DNA from: a bacterium
Lineage (GTDB): Bacteria; Arandabacterota; Arandabacteria; Arandabacterales; JALGWA01
Length of the DNA: 10,460 nucleotides
Direction: 5' to 3'
NCBI GenBank assembly: GCA_050125095.1
Contig: JASFEA010000113.1
Coordinates: forward strand, 1-10,460
In this document: positions 6,998 through 10,460 of the stretch, one piece after another
Position numbering within the stretch: position 1 is the stretch's first letter
Layout: every line of letters begins with the position of its first letter
The notes under the pieces: generated by a model
What the model saw: only the letters and a program-made list of their open reading frames with translations
The model's database searches: none
Told to the model about the DNA's origin: nothing
Program-made: the position numbers and the translations under genes

Positions 6998-8266
6998 CTA
7001 AGTGTTCATTGACTTCAAGAACATCTTGTTGGACTTGGCCTTCGCGAGCCTTCCGACCAGGAACTCCATGGCCTCGATCTGGTTCTTGTCGGAGAGGAAC
7101 TTGCGCAGGATCCAGACCTTATTGAGTTCCTCCGGGCTCAACAGCAGCTCTTCCTTTCGAGTGCCGGACTTGTTGAGATCGATCGCCGGGAACACCCTGC
7201 GGTCGGCGATCTTCCTGTCCAGCACCAGCTCCATGTTGCCCGTGCCCTTGAACTCTTCGAAAATGACGTCGTCCATGCGGCTTCCGGTGTCGATGAGCGC
7301 GGTGGCTATGATGGTGAGGCTCCCGCCCTCCTCAATATTGCGCGCGGCCCCGAAGAAGCGCTTGGGCCATTGAAGCGCGTTTGAGTCGATGCCTCCCGAG
7401 AGTATCTTGCCGCTGTGCGGAATGACTGCGTTATTGGCACGGGCCAGCCTTGTGATGCTGTCTAAGAGAATCACCACGTCCTTGCCGTGCTCGGTAAGGC
7501 GCTTGGCCTTCTCCATGACCATGTTGGCGACCTGCACATGTCTCTGGGGCGGCTCGTCGAAGGTCGATGAGATGACCTCGCCCTTGACGCTGCGCTCCAT
7601 ATCCGTGACCTCTTCGGGCCGCTCGTCAATAAGAAGCACAATGAGTTCGATTTCAGGGTGGTTGGTGGTCATCGCGTTTGCGATGCTCTGCAGCAGCATG
7701 GTCTTTCCCGCCCGCGGGGGCGAGACGATAAGACCTCTCTGGCCCTTGCCGATGGGGATGAAGAGATTCACTATTCGTGTCGACAGGTCCTTCGGATTCG
7801 ACTCGAGCTCAACCCGCTCATCCGGATAAAGAGGCGTCAGGTTGTCAAAGAGAATCCTCTCCTTAGCCACGTCGGGATTCTCCATATTGACGGCTTCCAC
7901 ACGGAGAAGGGCGAAATAGCGCTCGTTGTCCTTGGGCGGCCTCACCTGGCCTGACACGGTGTCCCCGGTTCTCAGGTCGAACTTCTTGATCTGCGAAGGA
8001 GAGACGTAGATGTCGTCGGGCCCGGGCAGATACGAATAGTCAGGGGACCTGAGGAAGCCGTAACCATCGTCCAGTATCTCGAGCACGCCCTGAGAGAAGA
8101 TGAGCCCGTTCTTCTCAGTCTGGGCCTCGAGGATCTTGAAGATGAGCTCCTGCTTCCTCATGCCGGTTAGACCGTCGATCTTGAGTTCCTTGGCTATCCC
8201 GACAAGGTCCGACATGGTCTTGGTCTTCATTTCGGCAATGTCCAAATTTTCCACTTCTTTAGGCAT
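6998..8266 (-). CDS. rho: Transcription termination factor Rho
   Basis: 422 aa. [44 protein letters not shown] (Walker A), [45 protein letters not shown]. Confidence 0.99.
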   Translation of the reverse strand: MPKEVENLDIAEMKTKTMSDLVGIAKELKIDGLTGMRKQELIFKILEAQTEKNGLIFSQGVLEILDDGYGFLRSPDYSYLPGPDDIYVSPSQIKKFDLRTGDTVSGQVRPPKDNERYFALLRVEAVNMENPDVAKERILFDNLTPLYPDERVELESNPKDLSTRIVNLFIPIGKGQRGLIVSPPRAGKTMLLQSIANAMTTNHPEIELIVLLIDERPEEVTDMERSVKGEVISSTFDEPPQRHVQVANMVMEKAKRLTEHGKDVVILLDSITRLARANNAVIPHSGKILSGGIDSNALQWPKRFFGAARNIEEGGSLTIIATALIDTGSRMDDVIFEEFKGTGNMELVLDRKIADRRVFPAIDLNKSGTRKEELLLSPEELNKVWILRKFLSDKNQIEAMEFLVGRLAKAKSNKMFLKSMNT

Positions 8267-8477
8267 AATGCACCACCACCCCCAGGTGTTAGAAGTCGTT
8301 ATTACAGCTCATGAGTGAGTTCTCTGGTGAGTCTCTTCATCCGACGAATTCAGTTCCTTCCCCCGCCCAGGTCAGCACACGACAACAACAGTGCTTGCAA
8401 TGCTGAGACTCTTAACAAGGGTCGGATGTCAATTAATGAGATACCGATTAGGAATGCGTAAATCGAACTCCGTAATA

Positions 8478-8506
8478 ATGCTAAATCAGTCCGGCCGTAT
8501 TGTCAA
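8478..8506 (-). promoter_or_regulatory. sigma70 promoter of rho (operon)
   Basis: Minus strand perfect TTGACA (8506-8501), 17-nt spacer, TAGCAT (8483-8478). This implies a ~205-nt 5' leader. Confidence 0.8.
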
Positions 8507-8517
8507 GGCCTAAGAAA

Positions 8518-9567
8518 TTACTCCCCTCGCATCTCCTTTGCTTTCTGGAACTCCGCGACCGCCGCGTCCGTCTGGCCCGCCTTGGTGTACGCTGTTCCCA
8601 GCAGCTCGTGATACTCGGCCTTGTCGCTGACCGCTAACAGCTGCGTCAGCGTCGTGATCGCCGCGTCATAGCTCTCGGTCTTGACATATGAGAAGCCGAG
8701 CCGGTAGAGCGAGTCCTCATACAGCTGGGGATCCGTTCCCATTGCCCCGGCCGCTGACTTCTGGAAAGCCTGGCCGGCCTCGGCGTACATCTCACGGTTG
8801 AAGTAAGCCGCACCGAGGCTGAACTGCAGATCGTAATTGTCAGGTTCTAAATCGGCAGCTCTGGCGTAGCTATCAAGCGCTTTATCGAAATCCTCAAGAT
8901 GGAATGACACGTCACCCAGTGAAAGCAGCCCGTCCACGTCCTCGGGATCGAGCTCTACCACCTTCGCAAACGACTCCTGCGCCTTGGCATAGTTGCCGGC
9001 GTTGCGGTAGCTGATCCCCAGATTCCTCCATCCTTCCAGGTAAGTCGGGTCGACCTCGACCGACTTCTGGAAAGCCTCCAGGGCCCTGGTCTGGGGATCC
9101 GGGATCTCATCTGAAGCGGGCGTGTTGGAGTAGGAGACGCCCAGGTTGACCCATCCCACTGGATCCTCATCGTACACCGCCGTCGCCATCTCGAACTGGT
9201 ACACGGCCTCCTCGAAATTGTCGGTGTTGAGCGCCGTAATGCCCCTCTTCGCGTGGTCGACGAAGAAGGACCTCTGCATCTCCTTCACCTGCATCCTCTT
9301 CTCGTCATCCGGGGCCTTTTCTCTCGCTATGATGAAGTTGTCCTTGGCCTCCTCGAACTTCTCCTGCTTCGCGAGAGACTGGGCCAGATAATAGTAGGCC
9401 TCCCAGTTGTCCGGCTGCTCTTCTATGGCCTGCCTGAAGGCCTCCTCGGCCTGGACATAGTCCTTATGCTGGTAGAAATATGTCTTCCCGCTCCTGAAGG
9501 CCGTAGAACCCCCGCAGCCCAGCGCGAAAATTACCGTCATTATGATGATATATTTGGCCGACCGCAT
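8518..9567 (-). CDS. Tetratricopeptide-repeat lipoprotein
   Basis: 349 aa. Signal peptide MRSAKYIIIMTVIFALG-C with a lipobox-like ALGC. Repeated TPR-type units (e.g. GWRNLGISYRNAGNYAKAQESFAKVVELDP). AAGGAGG SD upstream. Confidence 0.9.
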   Translation of the reverse strand: MRSAKYIIIMTVIFALGCGGSTAFRSGKTYFYQHKDYVQAEEAFRQAIEEQPDNWEAYYYLAQSLAKQEKFEEAKDNFIIAREKAPDDEKRMQVKEMQRSFFVDHAKRGITALNTDNFEEAVYQFEMATAVYDEDPVGWVNLGVSYSNTPASDEIPDPQTRALEAFQKSVEVDPTYLEGWRNLGISYRNAGNYAKAQESFAKVVELDPEDVDGLLSLGDVSFHLEDFDKALDSYARAADLEPDNYDLQFSLGAAYFNREMYAEAGQAFQKSAAGAMGTDPQLYEDSLYRLGFSYVKTESYDAAITTLTQLLAVSDKAEYHELLGTAYTKAGQTDAAVAEFQKAKEMRGE

Positions 9568-9603
9568 CTGTCCCTCCTTTTGAGTCGCTCAATTCCGTAG
9601 GAC

Positions 9604-9632
9604 ACTATCATATAAAGGAATAAGGTTGTCAA
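9604..9632 (-). promoter_or_regulatory. Putative sigma70 promoter of the TPR lipoprotein gene
   Basis: Perfect TTGACA (9632-9627) followed by AT-rich TATATGATAGT. GATAGT lies at 17-nt spacing, but the exact -10 is uncertain. Confidence 0.6.
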
Positions 9633-9814
9633 GCTAATAGGCCTGCAAGCCTGCTCGGCGTGAGCGCGCTCGGTCTGAAGGGCCCTGATTATGGCCTGAG
9701 GCATGTTTTGCAGAGCCGCGACCCCGTCCGGGGCGCCGGGCCCTATGGCCTCGCCGGGCGTGCCCAATGCGGTCTTTCGTTCCGCTCACCGGCGCGTTCC
9801 GGCGCGTTCGCAGC

Positions 9815-10460
9815 CTATCCCTGCGCGCAACTCATGGAAATCATTGATTCGCAGAATTCCGCGAGGTCCTGAAGAACATAGCTTGCAATCGATTCGAGCT
9901 CGGCGACCCTGAGGCCCAGGCGCGCCATCACGGCGGGGTCCGGATCGTAGGTGAGTCCCTCCCGGCCCGTTCCTATGCCGAGCATCAGGCAGAGAACATC
10001 GGAGACGTGCACGGCGTCCACCAGCATATTGGCCTCCGGGGCGAGCCCGGGTTCGTGATGCCATCTGACAACGTCGACCAGGTCTTCGGGCAGGGCCCAC
10101 TTCTCCAGAATAGACGCTCCGATCTCGGCGTGATTGATGCCGAGTATCTCTCGCTCTGCGGTCGCAAAGGAGATCTTCCTCTCAGAGACGAGGTCGTCTA
10201 TGGCGCTGAAGTCAGCCTCTACGAAACTCCCCATGACCAGCTTGCCGACGTCATGAAGCAGCCCCGCGGTGAATGCCTCCTCAACCACGGATACGTTGAG
10301 CTTCTTCATGAGGTACTCCGTGGACACCGCCACCCCCACCGCGTGACGCCAGAGCTCGCCCGGCTCCAGGTCGTAACCGGGCACGGCCTCGCTCATCATT
10401 CCATTTACGCATGACGCCAGAACCAGCTGATACACCCTGTCCCACCCCAACCTCACGACG
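9815..10460 (-). CDS. HDOD-domain (HD-like signal output) protein, 5'-truncated by window edge
   Basis: LWRHAVGVAV, AFTAGLLHDVGKLV, EREILGINHAEIGASILEKWALP and VRWHH are typical HDOD motifs. The frame is open to the window end, so the listed start at 10456 is not the true start. Confidence 0.9.
   Translation of the reverse strand, partial: VVRLGWDRVYQLVLASCVNGMMSEAVPGYDLEPGELWRHAVGVAVSTEYLMKKLNVSVVEEAFTAGLLHDVGKLVMGSFVEADFSAIDDLVSERKISFATAEREILGINHAEIGASILEKWALPEDLVDVVRWHHEPGLAPEANMLVDAVHVSDVLCLMLGIGTGREGLTYDPDPAVMARLGLRVAELESIASYVLQDLAEFCESMISMSCAQG

Noticed and set aside
2377..7954. Other plus-strand and alternate-frame ORFs overlapping murA, prmC, prfA, DUF1385, rpmE and rho
   Set aside because: Fully overlap well-supported genes and have Ser/Arg/Pro-rich, non-protein-like composition.
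8409..8432. Second TTGACA inside the rho leader as an extra promoter
   Set aside because: No acceptable -10 hexamer at 16-18 nt spacing.
9540..10414. Small ORFs between and over the TPR and HDOD genes
   Set aside because: Low-complexity GC-rich translations that overlap the promoter or the HDOD CDS; no support.

Overview
GC-rich bacterial window with every recognisable gene on the minus strand. Reading right to left: a 5'-truncated HDOD-domain protein, a TPR-repeat lipoprotein with its own promoter, then a housekeeping run rho - rpmE (L31 with an acidic repeat tail) - DUF1385 - prfA - prmC - murA - selB. The start of an ADP-ribosylglycohydrolase-family gene, missed by the ORF track, lies at the left edge. 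Most of the window is core genome. The least explained part is the ~420-bp gap after selB. It holds 12-bp GGGGTCAGGTCT-type tandem repeats that can fold over the selB UGA stop, and two well-spaced sigma70-like promoters. Those promoters bracket a ~150-nt structured, apparently non-coding segment that I cannot assign to a known RNA family. The ~200-nt structured rho leader is also notable. No mobile element, CRISPR array, tRNA or rRNA is supported. All structures were paired by eye, not computed.
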